64,000 bases of DNA from an uncultured Methanosarcinaceae archaeon (GTDB lineage: Archaea; Halobacteriota; Methanosarcinia; Methanosarcinales; Methanosarcinaceae), in NCBI GenBank assembly GCA_963833425.1, contig CAWHXP010000002.1:192001-256000 (forward strand), in the 5' to 3' direction. Below the pieces are notes generated by a model that searched no databases, was not told the DNA's origin, and saw only the letters and a program-made list of their open reading frames with translations. The translations under genes were made by a program, and so were the position numbers. Below, one piece after another: positions 33,982 to 44,751 of this stretch. Each line of letters starts with the position of its first letter. Within the stretch, counting starts at the first letter, position 1.

Positions 33982-34374
33982 TCATATATAGCCTGTAATA
34001 TTCTGCCCAACTGGAGTGCTCTTTCTGATACAATCCTCCCCGTAATTTATTATGTTCTCAATCGCAGTTTTCAATATGGAAGGATATATTTCACCTACTT
34101 GCTCCCATACAGGTTTTCCATGACAGAAAGACTTAAACGTTGGAGTACTCTGAATCCCATACCTTTCTGAAGTCCATGTATTTGTTACAGTATTTATGCG
34201 GGCAAAAACTGCAGAGTTCTTGAATTCTTGTGCATAATCCTCAAAATAAGGCTCCATAGTCTCACAAAAAAGGCACTCTGGGCTGTAAAACATTACAATA
34301 ACTGGTTTTGAAGACTCTTCTACCATCTGTTCCCAGATCATATCATCAACTTCAACTACATTGAGTCCGTTCAA
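33982..34374 (-). CDS. Thioredoxin-family protein
   Basis: KPVIVMFYSPECLFC (CxxC), YGIQSTPTF; likely TTG start at 34374 after a GGGGG RBS. Confidence 0.85.
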   Translation of the reverse strand: MNGLNVVEVDDMIWEQMVEESSKPVIVMFYSPECLFCETMEPYFEDYAQEFKNSAVFARINTVTNTWTSERYGIQSTPTFKSFCHGKPVWEQVGEIYPSILKTAIENIINYGEDCIRKSTPVGQNITGYI

Positions 34375-34874
34375 TCTTTTACCCCCGTATATTAATAGCG
34401 GATAGAATATTAGAATTGACAAAATAAGTATCTATTGCTTGGATTATTACCTTAATTTAAACCTGGTCATAATAATTTATGTCTTAGTGCAGCTGAGTAT
34501 TCCAAGATTGATTCTCAGATTCTCTAATGAATATTTAAGATATGGCTTGACTAACTATAGGGTATAGAGAATAACAGTGTACAACTTATCTTTAAAAATC
34601 ATTTATATGAATTTATAGGCGTATGATAAAATATAGGGATTCATCGAAATCCTCTAAGCCAACTCATTAATTATATTTTAAAAATAAATTATAGTTGCAA
34701 ATATAATTATTGACACATAAGCCACCCGAAATTCTGCAATCACGGAAAGAAAGAAACCTTGTGATACGTTATTTTATCACACAATGATTTGCATGATTCA
34801 ATTTCATTTACATTACAAAAGTAGCTAAAAACATAAATCAGTTAGTTAATAATGGTTCTCAGGGAAATTTTCAT

Positions 34875-34894
34875 CCCCGCAGATTACTGCGGGG
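34875..34894. repeat. Perfect GC-rich hairpin downstream of hsp20 (terminator or element end)
   Basis: CCCCGCAG-ATTA-CTGCGGGG; the right half CTGCGGGGTATT recurs at about 36672. Confidence 0.55.
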
Positions 34895-34954
34895 TATTTA
34901 AATGAAATTAACCCCTGTTGCATCGAAACGTATCTATTTATCATTTCTCGAAGA

Positions 34955-35417
34955 TTATTCAATCTGTATTTTTTTTGCTGGCTCTTCTATTTCCATTTTT
35001 GGGAGTGTTACAGTCAACACACCATTTTCAATTTTTGCAGTGCTTCCCTCCTCTTTAACGCTGGTAGGCAGGCGGACAGCTCGGTAAAAGTGTGTATATT
35101 CTCTTTCCTTACGAATATATCCTTCCTCTTCGGTTTCTTTTTTCCTTTCCGCTCTTTGCACTTATCTCAAGCATGTCTTCTTTAAGGTTTAGCTCGATAT
35201 CTTCTTTATTTATTCCTGGCAGATCTGTAGTGACCAAAAGCTTGTTTCCTTCGTCCTTGATGTCAATGGCAGGAGTAAATACATTTCCTCCTGCCAATTT
35301 TTTCATAGGCATGAAGTCTTCAAAAAGCAGGTTCAGGCGTTCCTGTGTTTTCCTAATCTCTTCAAAAGGATCCCAACGTGTGGATCCTGAAATTGTTCTC
35401 TTAGCAGGCCAGTTCAT
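34955..35417 (-). pseudogene. Hsp20/alpha-crystallin small heat shock protein, split by one extra base in a homopolymer (35138-35143)
   Basis: WDPFEEI, PAIDIKDEG, DLPGINKEDI then in a shifted frame EEEGYIRKER, FYRAVRLP, AKIENGVLTVTLPK, KKIQIE. Confidence 0.88.
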
Positions 35418-35916
35418 ATAAAATATCTCCATAAAATAAAATTATGACACAATAGTTGTATTATTTTGAAGGGGGCTATATAATATTTTCTTTAACAATT
35501 TCATTGAAATTGGGGTATTAATCATTTTTCAAATTTGTTCAATGTCTTAAGGCAAGCCCGCAAAATAAAAATTTTTATTTTATCTATCAAGTGTTTTAAG
35601 AGCTCTGGTCTGGCTCTTAAAACCTATAATTTGATCTAGAATAAATATGCATTGCTTCTTTATGGAATTAAAAAAAAAATCTTAATATTAAATTTGTATT
35701 ATCTCCTATAATAACAAAAAATAATTAATATAAAAATATTGTTTGGTTTTAAAATATTTTATGGGGGAATAATTTTTATTCATAAACTATTTTTTGTATA
35801 ATTAATTTAAAATAATCAAATGGTTAATTGTACGTTGTAACTTAAAGCGAACAGATGGATAGCTGAAGAGTGAAAAAGTGAGAGAGTAGTATGTGTGAGT
35901 ATATTGGGTCATTGTA

Positions 35917-36006
35917 GAGAATTTCAATAAACCTCCAATTTTAACAAATTTCTTATATGGACTAGTACAAATATTTGAATAAAAATTGGAGTTTATCGAA
36001 AGTCTC
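35917..36006. mobile_element. 90-bp MITE with about 25-bp TIRs matching the IS5 remnant end at 6572
   Basis: GAGAATTTCAATAAACCTCCAATTTT...AAAATTGGAGTTTATCGAAAGTCTC, TA on both flanks. Confidence 0.7.
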
Positions 36007-36971
36007 TAAATATGATGGAACTAGAAAGCTACATTTATTTTTAATTATATCTCAATAACAATATAAAATTATTTGTGTTTACATATATTATTGAAAATCA
36101 TAAACACAAAATTCTCCCAACATATTTCCAAATGGGAGATATACTTGTTTTTCACACTTGATCAACGATTCAAAAATACAATATGAAGTCTTATTTCGTG
36201 AATATACATTGCCGACTTTTGTTGGTATGAACTATACTTCCTAAATTATTTGCTATATAATAAGTGAAGAATAAGTACTAAATTGACAAATTGAGGTACT
36301 TTATATATTAATATCGTTTTTGAGGAAGACCTATTCGAAGATTTCTTTATATACGCATTTTTTTTAGCCATGATAAAATATAATTTATATTTTATATTAC
36401 TTGTTATTGCGATGTTTACTAAAAAATAATTAAAGGGCAGAATTCGTGAAAAAAATAATAGATTTATAAGCTACTAAAATTCTGATTTGAGAGCTTCCGA
36501 AAAGAATTTTTTTACGATATATTATATAAAAAAATTATATGATGCTTTATTTAGAGAGAAATTGTTTGGGTAACATAGTTTCCATTTCATGTCGCAAATG
36601 CAGCTTAAAACCATAAATCAGTTGGTTAATAACGGTTCTCTATGCTCTATGATTATTCATAAGTAGTAAATCTGCGGGGTATTCGACGTGAATAAACTCA
36701 AAAATAAGATACATCTCCGCAAAAATCACCAAATCATTTCGTGAAGAATATTAATCATTTCGACTTCAGAATTCTACATATTGAATTCTCTAGAAGTGAA
36801 TACAAAAATAAGTAAGATGCATTGATGAAGTTTTCCTACTAACTATTGCGGATCAATTCTAAATGAATTAAAATAGTCATTTGGAACTATAGCAAAATAA
36901 AACTACCAATTTATACAAAAAGTTTTTATCTTAAAACGCGTAATTCGTATTTCTCAAAATAAAAGCAAATT

Positions 36972-37046
36972 GGGCTCGTGGCTTAGCCTGGATATAGCAC
37001 TGGGCTTCTAACCCAGACGTCGGGGGTTCAAATCCCTTCGAGCCCG
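36972..37046 (+). tRNA. tRNA-Arg(TCT)
   Basis: Acceptor GGGCTCG/CGAGCCC; anticodon arm CTGGG-CTTCTAA-CCCAG; T-loop TTCAAAT; discriminator G. Confidence 0.95.
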
Positions 37047-37698
37047 CTATTCCTTTTGATAATCTCTGATACCAGTCAAATCAGTAATTAATTCATTTTT
37101 TGTTTGTTCATCAAATATTTTGATCCAATTCTTAAAAAGTGCTGTAGATTTAGCTAATTCTGTGTATTTATCTCTGATAGATTCTCTGAGTCTCGTAACC
37201 AACTTAAATAATTATATTCGGTTTTATCTCTAAACTTTTTTAGATAAATTCAAATAAATTTAGTTCAGGTGAATGTGACGACAAGAATACAAATATAATC
37301 TCCAATTGCTTTGCCTTTTTGACCATAATATCTGAATGATTGTTTTGGAGTTATTTATTACGACTATTATATCAAATTATTTTTTTAACTATTCAAGATA
37401 TAGGTATCTTTTTCTCTTGCGCTTAGATAGAATAGAGTCTTAATCGGCAAACTTTCTTTCTGATTATAGAAGTAATTTTCGGGACTGGAAAGATTCGGAA
37501 CTACTGATATTTTATAAAAAAATTTATAAAATATAGGATTTCATAACTCAAAGTAATTTTTAAAAAATTAAAGGGCAGAATATTAAAACTCGATATCGAT
37601 TCATTTCAGGATAATAGATTTTGGAACTCGCTCTTAAACCATAAAACCAGGATTTCGGATCAATTTCAGAAAAGAAAAAATAAAATGTGGTATTTGAA

Positions 37699-39630
37699 AT
37701 GGAACAGATAGCAGATGAACAAATCACTGAACATGATAGCAAATCCATGCTACAGAAAATAATTGAAAAAACCATTGATTCTGCCAGTCGGACCATGCTT
37801 CATAAAGCTAAGCAGGAAGGCACGGAGACTGCTTGGGACAGATATGAGAAACAAATCCCCCAGTGCAGTTTCGGGCAACTCGGGGTTTGCTGCCGGAATT
37901 GCAATATGGGTCCTTGCAGGATAGATCCCTTCGGTGAAGCTCCTGATAAGGGAATTTGTGGCGCTACTGCAGATATTATAGTTGCAAGAAATCTTCTGAG
38001 GACTATTGCTGCAGGTGCAGCAGCTCATTCAGATCACGCAAGGGATGCAGTGCTAACCTTTAAGAAAATGAGTGAAAGAGAAACCGGAAGTTACTCGATC
38101 AAAGACGAAGCTAAGCTACTATCTCTTGCCTTGGAATATGGGGTTCTTACCAAGGGGAAAAGCTGTGCTGAAATGGCATCAGAACTCGCAGACTTGCTGC
38201 TTCTTGAGTTTGGAAAACAGAATGGATCGCTTCTGTGTACAAAGCGGGCTCCGGAGCCGCGGCTTAAATTATGGGCTGAACTTGGAATAGAGCCCAGGGG
38301 GATTGACAGGGAGATTGTTGAATGTATGCACAGAACCAATATGGGTGTAGACAATAATGCAACTCATATTCTTCTACATGGTCTGCGTACAGGACTATCG
38401 GATGGCTGGGGAGGATCGATGATTGCAACAGATGTTCAGGACATACTTTTCGGAACCCCACAACCGAGAAGGAGCACTGTTAATCTGGGGGTATTATCCA
38501 GGGATAAAGTAAACGTGATAATCCATGGCCATGAACCCATTCTTTCGGAGATGATTGTGGAAGCCTCAGAAGACCCCGAGCTTATTAAACTTGCACAGGA
38601 AAATGGAGCATCAGGCATAAATGTTGCAGGGATCTGCTGTACTGGGAACGAAATCCTGATGCGCCATGGGACTCCAATAGTGGGAAGTTTCCTTCAGCAG
38701 GAACTGGCAGTGATCACTGGAGCAGTGGAGGCTATGGTCGTAGATGTCCAATGCATTATGCCCTCATTAGGCGATCTTGCTGGCTGCTACCACACAAAAT
38801 TCATATCCACGTCACCAAAGGCCGATTTTCCCGGGACTGTGAGAATGGAATTTCATGAAGATAGAGCTTATGATACCGCAAAAAAAATAGTAAGAATAGC
38901 CGTCGAAAACTTTCCTTCCCGAAATCCAGAGAAGGTAAATATCCCTGAAGAAAAGCAGGAATGTATGGTTGGATTCAGCGCTGAAGCCATACTTAGTGCG
39001 CTTGGTGGAAGCCCTGACCCTCTCATTGAGGCAATAAAAAACGGGACAATTTGGGGAGTAGGCGCGGTTGTCGGCTGCAATAATGTAAAAATAAAGCATA
39101 ACTATGGACATGTCAATCTTGTTAAGGAACTAATAAAAAACAACGTGCTAGTGGTCACAACCGGTTGTAATGCAATTGCCTGTGCAGAAGCCGGGCTTCT
39201 TGTTCCGGAGGCCTCCAAAATTGCCGGTGACGGGCTAAAAGTAGTATGTGAGGCTCTTGGTATACCTCCGATACTGCATATGGGCTCCTGCGTTGACATC
39301 AGTCGCATTCTGTTACTTTCTTCAATCCTTGCAAGCCGATTGGGTGTGGATATAAGCGACCTTCCTGCAGCAGGAGCCGCTCCAGAATGGATGAGTGAAA
39401 AAGCAGTTAGTATCGGGGCATATGTAGTCGCCTCAGGAGTTTTAGTTGTTCTAGGCACTGTTCCGCCTGTTTTTGGGAGCCAGGCAGTTACTGCCCTTCT
39501 GACAAACGGCTTAAACAATGTTGTCGGAGCAAGATTTGCTGTCGAGCCTGATCCCATTAAAGCCGCATACCTGATGCTTGAACATATTGACGAGAAAAGA
39601 AGGTCTTTGGGCTTGAACTCAGTCAGGTGA
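37699..39630 (+). CDS. cooS: Anaerobic monofunctional Ni-CO dehydrogenase catalytic subunit (start uncertain, 37687-37748)
   Basis: CSFG..GVCCRNCNMGPC, AAHSDH, HGHEP, ICCTGNE, VDVQCI, GCNN, TGCN, GSCVD, WMSEKA. Confidence 0.96.
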   Translation: MEQIADEQITEHDSKSMLQKIIEKTIDSASRTMLHKAKQEGTETAWDRYEKQIPQCSFGQLGVCCRNCNMGPCRIDPFGEAPDKGICGATADIIVARNLLRTIAAGAAAHSDHARDAVLTFKKMSERETGSYSIKDEAKLLSLALEYGVLTKGKSCAEMASELADLLLLEFGKQNGSLLCTKRAPEPRLKLWAELGIEPRGIDREIVECMHRTNMGVDNNATHILLHGLRTGLSDGWGGSMIATDVQDILFGTPQPRRSTVNLGVLSRDKVNVIIHGHEPILSEMIVEASEDPELIKLAQENGASGINVAGICCTGNEILMRHGTPIVGSFLQQELAVITGAVEAMVVDVQCIMPSLGDLAGCYHTKFISTSPKADFPGTVRMEFHEDRAYDTAKKIVRIAVENFPSRNPEKVNIPEEKQECMVGFSAEAILSALGGSPDPLIEAIKNGTIWGVGAVVGCNNVKIKHNYGHVNLVKELIKNNVLVVTTGCNAIACAEAGLLVPEASKIAGDGLKVVCEALGIPPILHMGSCVDISRILLLSSILASRLGVDISDLPAAGAAPEWMSEKAVSIGAYVVASGVLVVLGTVPPVFGSQAVTALLTNGLNNVVGARFAVEPDPIKAAYLMLEHIDEKRRSLGLNSVR

Positions 39631-39636
39631 TTTGCG

Positions 39637-40173
39637 GTGAAAGATTTAATGATCCGGCCCGAACGTTGCCTTGGATGTCGCTCCTGCGAGATTGCCTGCG
39701 CTGTTGCCCATTCAAAGAGTAAGAGCCTTTTTTCAGCTTTAGGAGAACAACCGGCTCCACAAAAATGCATAAATGTGGATTGTTCACCTAATCTTGAAAT
39801 CTCCATTCCAATAACCTGCCGTCATTGTGAGGATGCGCCTTGTGTAGCGGTTTGTCCCACGAAAGCTCTTGCCCAGGATACAATTACCAGCATTGTAAAC
39901 TGCAATCCTAAGCTTTGCGTAGACTGCTGGACCTGTGCAATGGTTTGTCCTCGCTTTTTGCCACTATACAGATTGATTCTTGTCATCGGCTGCTGGACCA
40001 GTTCCATGGCTTACAATCGTCGAGTGATCAGCAGACAAACTGAAGTGGGGGTAAAATGTGATCTCTGCAATGGTAGGGAGTTACCTGCCTGCGTAGAGGC
40101 TTGTCCGACTCATGCTCTCGTATTTGCCGAGGTAGAAGACATTTTGGGGATCAAACGCACCGAAACTGTCTGA
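39637..40173 (+). CDS. cooF: CooF-like 4Fe-4S electron-transfer protein
   Basis: CLGCRSCEIAC, CRHCEDAPC..VCP, CVDCWTCAMVCP, KCDLC...PACVEACP; directly after cooS. Confidence 0.85.
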   Translation: MKDLMIRPERCLGCRSCEIACAVAHSKSKSLFSALGEQPAPQKCINVDCSPNLEISIPITCRHCEDAPCVAVCPTKALAQDTITSIVNCNPKLCVDCWTCAMVCPRFLPLYRLILVIGCWTSSMAYNRRVISRQTEVGVKCDLCNGRELPACVEACPTHALVFAEVEDILGIKRTETV

Positions 40174-40905
40174 AGATTTTATTGTTAATGAGAAAGATTC
40201 TTTATGTTAGCCCAGTGACCGTTTACTTAATCTATATTATCGATATTTATTCCAAAAGTATAGGCTCTAACATGCTCTTTGCTTAATCAAGTAACTTCCC
40301 GCTCTCTAATTGAGCTTAATTCAATCTCATGACTTCTGGATAAAAATATGAAGGAGTTGTGTATGGTGTCAAGTGTCGTATTGTTAATTTTTTTCAGGTC
40401 TTTGAATCCACTGCTGAAGTTTTCTTCCCTTTGTTTCGGTTCTGCACCATGCTGTAGAATCCCCAAAAGCTCATTTTAGAGAATTCTAAAGAGAATAACG
40501 AATAGGATGGTAGACTCTTACTTGAAGCAATATAGTTTTTTATGGTTTATACTCATAGGGAGATTGGAAAATTAAGAGAAGTACTTCAGAAAGAGTTTTA
40601 TTTTCCAGGAGCTTGTGAATGCTTAAGTCTCAAAAAAAATTTAAAAATCTAATGTAAGCAAAAATAAAAGGAATAAAAAGAGAACAGAGGTAACTATTAG
40701 CCTTTCAAAAATAAGTTGGTGAATATCTACTTTCGATGCAATATTTAATTATGGATACTAAAATGATTGGAAAATAAAGAAAATAGTCAATATTCGCAGT
40801 TGAATAAAATCAGCCTACAGAAATTTACTCATTGAATCCTTGTAAATGTGGATACTAATAATTTTTATCCGGGCTGAATATTTGTCAAAATGGATCAATT
40901 TGAAT

Positions 40906-41454
40906 TTACATAAATCGTTCAAATCTTTCTGTTCTTGCTTTACAGATCGGACAGACCTCTGGAGGTTTATCCATGGCACATAGATATCCGCAAACCTTAC
41001 ACCTCCATACTGGTTTTGGGATCTTTCCTGAAAGTTCCATTCTTTCTATCATCTCGGTTCTTTTGATTTCTTCAGCTATTGCAGCCTCTCTTTCCTCATG
41101 AGAAGGACGCCTTTCCACAATCGGCTCCAATCTTCTATCTCCTCGAATAACTTTCTCTGAAACATAAAGTGCGCAGTAACAGGCTCCGTAATCGTTTAGA
41201 TCGGGATCTCTGTAATAGCAAGGACAGATTATATCTAGATCCTCTTCTTTGTTATTAGCAGAAAGTCTGCACGGGCAAGACCAGTAGCCATAACGTCTCT
41301 CATTGGCCAACAGTCCCTTCACAAGATCCTTTGTAAACTCAACGTCAGGATTGAGATGATAACCCGATTTTTCAACCTCGTTACTCAAACGTCTATAGAC
41401 CCTGTCAACTTCTTCTTCAGTGATGTATTCTTCTGTAGCTTCTTCTTCCCTCAA
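40906..41454 (-). CDS. Ferredoxin:thioredoxin reductase catalytic-like protein with C-terminal rubredoxin (ferredoxin:disulfide reductase)
   Basis: CPCR, CPC, CYC motifs plus WRCKVCGY...CPIC. Confidence 0.92.
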   Translation of the reverse strand: MREEEATEEYITEEEVDRVYRRLSNEVEKSGYHLNPDVEFTKDLVKGLLANERRYGYWSCPCRLSANNKEEDLDIICPCYYRDPDLNDYGACYCALYVSEKVIRGDRRLEPIVERRPSHEEREAAIAEEIKRTEMIERMELSGKIPKPVWRCKVCGYLCAMDKPPEVCPICKARTERFERFM

Positions 41455-41467
41455 TCAAACTACTCCT

Positions 41468-41773
41468 CTAAGAATCAAAAGCTTCACGAATTTCTTTCTC
41501 TTTAAAACCTAATATTGCTTTTTTCCCATTTATAATAGTCGTTGGGAAAGAAATCGATGGATTAAAACGTCTTATTTCCTGAATGATTTGATTTTTTTCT
41601 TCTCCATCAAGCTTGTCTACATATATATATTCAAAATCTATACCCAGGTCAGTGAGCAATTTCTTTGTCTTTTTGCACCATATACAGGTGCTCAGACTAT
41701 ACATTACAACTTTGCCTTTATCAATTCCAGGAATGTGATCTTTTTTCTCTTTATTCTGACTAGACTGATCCAT
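41468..41773 (-). CDS. Glutaredoxin-like protein (methanoredoxin type)
   Basis: LSTCIWCKKTK, SFPT, GFKE; upstream of the reductase. Confidence 0.9.
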   Translation of the reverse strand: MDQSSQNKEKKDHIPGIDKGKVVMYSLSTCIWCKKTKKLLTDLGIDFEYIYVDKLDGEEKNQIIQEIRRFNPSISFPTTIINGKKAILGFKEKEIREAFDS

Positions 41774-41942
41774 TGCGTAAACCTCACGACCGCGATAAGT
41801 TATTATATATGTTTACTTTGCTTCGGAATAACTTTTATTCGTAGCCTGGCCGAAATTAAAAACTCTATATATTTCGGGTTTTATGAACTGTTCGTAAAAA
41901 ATTTGAATTTAAAGGAAAATAAAAAATAAGGCCTGAAAAGTT

Positions 41943-43142
41943 TTAGCTTTTATAATACCCGATCTCTTCTTTTGTAAGGTAACAGGCAGGGTCATCTGCC
42001 CAGATATCTCCATATACGGCTTCTGCTCGCACTCTTAAATTTCCATTGCATATATCTAACCATTTGCATCTGGCACATCTATCTCCATGAATTTTGATTA
42101 GGAGTTTTCTGTCCTTGAGCCCGGTCATCAGCTCATCTATGCGATCATTCCAGATTTCGCTGAATGGACGTTCTCTGATATTTCCAAAAGAATAATGCCT
42201 CCAGAACTGGTCGGCATGTACCGAACCATCCCATGATACACAGCCAATCCTGATTCCTGAGGAGTTTCCCTGATTCATTGATAGGAGTTCAAATACCTCT
42301 GCAGCCCGTTTTGGATTTTCTTTAAGAAGTTTCATATATAGATAGGGGCCATCACAGTGATTGTCCACAGTAAGGACTTCAGCAGGGAAACCATTTTTGT
42401 GCAGTTCTTTTGTTTTCTTGAGGATCATATCTACAGCTTGTCTTGACTCCTCGAGAGAGAGGTCATCACTTATCATATTCGAACCCCTACCCGCATAAAC
42501 CAGATGGTAAAAACATATTCTAGGAATTTTTTCTTTTTCTAGAAGTTTAAAGATTTCAGGAATTTCTTGGAAGTTTTGCTTATTCATGGTAAAACGGAGC
42601 CCCACCTTTATGCCTTCGTCCTGACAATTGCGTAGGCCCCGTAAAGCTGCATCAAATGCTCCGTTCATCCCCCTAAACTTGTCATTTGTTTCCCTCATCC
42701 CATCCAGAGAAATTCCCACGTAAGAAAGCTTTATAGCCTTTAATTTGCTTGCAAGTTCTTGGTCTATGAGCGTTCCGTTTGTAGAAATTACAGCCCTAAT
42801 CCCTTTTTTTTGAGCATAGGCTGCGAGTTCTGGAAGGTCTTTTCGCAAAGTTGGTTCCCCTCCGGAAAAAAGGATTACCGGACTTCCAAAGTCCACAAGA
42901 TCATCGATAAGAGCCTGTCCTTCTTCTGTAGAAAGCTCGTTTTCAAATTCTATGTTCTTTGCCTGAGCATAACAATGTATACATTTCAGATTGCAGCGGC
43001 GGGTTGTATTCCAGACCACTACAGGCTTTTTGTCTTTTGAGAACTGCAATAGATGAGAGGGGAGCCTCTTGGAATCACTTCCATAGCGGAGTGTATCAGA
43101 AGGTTCCACAGTTCCGCAGTAGAGTTTTGAAATGCCTATCAT
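41943..43142 (-). CDS. ahbC: Radical SAM 12,18-didecarboxysiroheme deacetylase (alternative heme pathway)
   Basis: MIGISKLYCG..LRYG N-terminus; CNLKCIHC; SPASM cysteines; downstream of cobA-hemD. Confidence 0.9.
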   Translation of the reverse strand: MIGISKLYCGTVEPSDTLRYGSDSKRLPSHLLQFSKDKKPVVVWNTTRRCNLKCIHCYAQAKNIEFENELSTEEGQALIDDLVDFGSPVILFSGGEPTLRKDLPELAAYAQKKGIRAVISTNGTLIDQELASKLKAIKLSYVGISLDGMRETNDKFRGMNGAFDAALRGLRNCQDEGIKVGLRFTMNKQNFQEIPEIFKLLEKEKIPRICFYHLVYAGRGSNMISDDLSLEESRQAVDMILKKTKELHKNGFPAEVLTVDNHCDGPYLYMKLLKENPKRAAEVFELLSMNQGNSSGIRIGCVSWDGSVHADQFWRHYSFGNIRERPFSEIWNDRIDELMTGLKDRKLLIKIHGDRCARCKWLDICNGNLRVRAEAVYGDIWADDPACYLTKEEIGYYKS

Positions 43143-43157
43143 ATCTATCTTCACAAC

Positions 43158-43961
43158 TTAGAATCGACTCTTCATTTCCTTTAGTAGCGCTTCGAAAGTG
43201 AACTCTTCTGGAATCACTGTTGTTTTGATCCCGTGTTTCTTCAGGGTGTTTCCTGTAGGGATTCCTATAGCTCCTATAACAGCCCTGTTAAGAGCCTTTT
43301 TGATTGTTTCCCCTGCTCTCAGCATCTCTGCATGCTTCATGAAGCCTTTTACCATCATTGAGCTTGTGAAAGCAAAAGCATTCACTTCTCCAGCAAGAGT
43401 GCATTCTATTAGCTTTTTCTGGATCGCTCCTTCAGGAATGCTGAGGGTATACACATGAGTCTCATATACCCTGGCTCCACATTCTTCAAGTCTTTCTGTT
43501 AAGACCCTTGTCCCAAAAGCGCTTCTGGCAATGTCCACTGTTTTTCCTTTTACTACCGGGCAGAGATCCTCTAAAATGCCTTCAGAGCTGTAATCCTTTG
43601 GGAGGAGGGGGTTGTCAATTCCTATTTTCATGAGTTTTTTTTCTGTATTAGGGCCAATTGCTATCACCCTGCTTTTTTTCAATCCTGCGATTAAGTTGTT
43701 TTTTTCGCTTTCAGAGAGTTTTTCCATAGTAAAATTTATTCCATTTGCACTTGTAAAGATCACATAATCAGAAGTTTCGGTTATAACTCTTCGTACGAAG
43801 GGATCAAAGCCTTCATCTTTCATGCCTTCAAGCTTAATCATAGGGGCATAGATCGGCCTAAAATTGTAATCTCGAGCAAGAGCCTCTGACCTCTTCCTGT
43901 AGTTTTCCGGCCTCATGATTGCGAGGACTGGTATTTTTTTCTTTTTTTGTTTTTCTGTCAT
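43158..43961 (-). CDS. hemD: Uroporphyrinogen-III synthase
   Basis: IMRP, IFTSANG, AIGPNT, AFTSS, AIGIPT motifs; operon context. Confidence 0.92.
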   Translation of the reverse strand: MTEKQKKKKIPVLAIMRPENYRKRSEALARDYNFRPIYAPMIKLEGMKDEGFDPFVRRVITETSDYVIFTSANGINFTMEKLSESEKNNLIAGLKKSRVIAIGPNTEKKLMKIGIDNPLLPKDYSSEGILEDLCPVVKGKTVDIARSAFGTRVLTERLEECGARVYETHVYTLSIPEGAIQKKLIECTLAGEVNAFAFTSSMMVKGFMKHAEMLRAGETIKKALNRAVIGAIGIPTGNTLKKHGIKTTVIPEEFTFEALLKEMKSRF

Positions 43962-43983
43962 ATCTCTTATCCCTTAGAGTCCA

Positions 43984-44751
43984 TTAAAATTCAGTTCTAG
44001 TATGTTGCTCTCCAAGGACCTTATGCAGGTTGACCACGTCTCCCACAATAATGATGGCTGGAGCCTTCACTTTACGCTCCTTTGCAAGATCTGCAATAGT
44101 TGCAAGTGTTCCCACAGTTACTCTTTGGTCAGGTCTGGTCCCTCTCTCGATAACTGCAACAGGTGTAGTAGGGTCTTTACCGTGCTTAATTAATTCATCT
44201 GCGTTCCAGCCTAACATTTTCACACCCATAAGGATTACAATAGTTCCCCTTAACTTCGCCAGGGTTTTCCAGTCAAGCCCACTCTCAGGCTTTGTGGGAT
44301 CTTCGTGTCCAGTTATGAAAGTAACCATTGAAGCGTTTTCCCGGTGGGTTAATGGAATTCCTGCATAAGCAGGCACTGCGATTGCTGAAGTTATTCCTGG
44401 AACGACTTCGAACTCGATACCTTCTACTACAAGCACTTCGGCTTCTTCTCCCCCTCTTCCAAAAACATAGGGGTCTCCTCCTTTCAGCCGGACAACCATC
44501 TTTCCTGCCTTTGCTTTCTGCACAATCAATTCATTTATTTCTGTCTGAGACATGGTGTGGTTTCCAGCATATTTTCCAACATCAATTTTTTCCGCACTTG
44601 CAGGCATAGAGTCCAAGATAACTTTTCCAGGGAGCTGGTCATAAATAATTACTTCAGCGTTGTCAATTAGACGGCGAGCTTTCAGGGTTAGAAGCTCAGG
44701 GTCGCCTGGACCTGAGCCAATAAGGTAAGCTTTTCCGTAATTTCCTGACAT
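43984..44751 (-). CDS. cobA: Uroporphyrinogen-III C-methyltransferase
   Basis: GSGPGDPELLTLKA, VRLKGGDPYVFGRGGEE, VPGITS, TGH. Confidence 0.96.
   Translation of the reverse strand: MSGNYGKAYLIGSGPGDPELLTLKARRLIDNAEVIIYDQLPGKVILDSMPASAEKIDVGKYAGNHTMSQTEINELIVQKAKAGKMVVRLKGGDPYVFGRGGEEAEVLVVEGIEFEVVPGITSAIAVPAYAGIPLTHRENASMVTFITGHEDPTKPESGLDWKTLAKLRGTIVILMGVKMLGWNADELIKHGKDPTTPVAVIERGTRPDQRVTVGTLATIADLAKERKVKAPAIIIVGDVVNLHKVLGEQHTRTEF

Noticed and set aside
36972..37046. tRNA-Arg as an integration site for an island
   Set aside because: No duplicated tRNA 3' end and no integrase found in the window
39102..39806. 234-aa antisense ORF over cooS-cooF, and the many ORFs antisense to the oxidase and other long genes
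   Set aside because: Shadow ORFs opposite well-supported genes, with no recognisable motifs
41454..41470. Pyrrolysine readthrough of the glutaredoxin TAG fusing it to the reductase
   Set aside because: The two genes are not in the same frame
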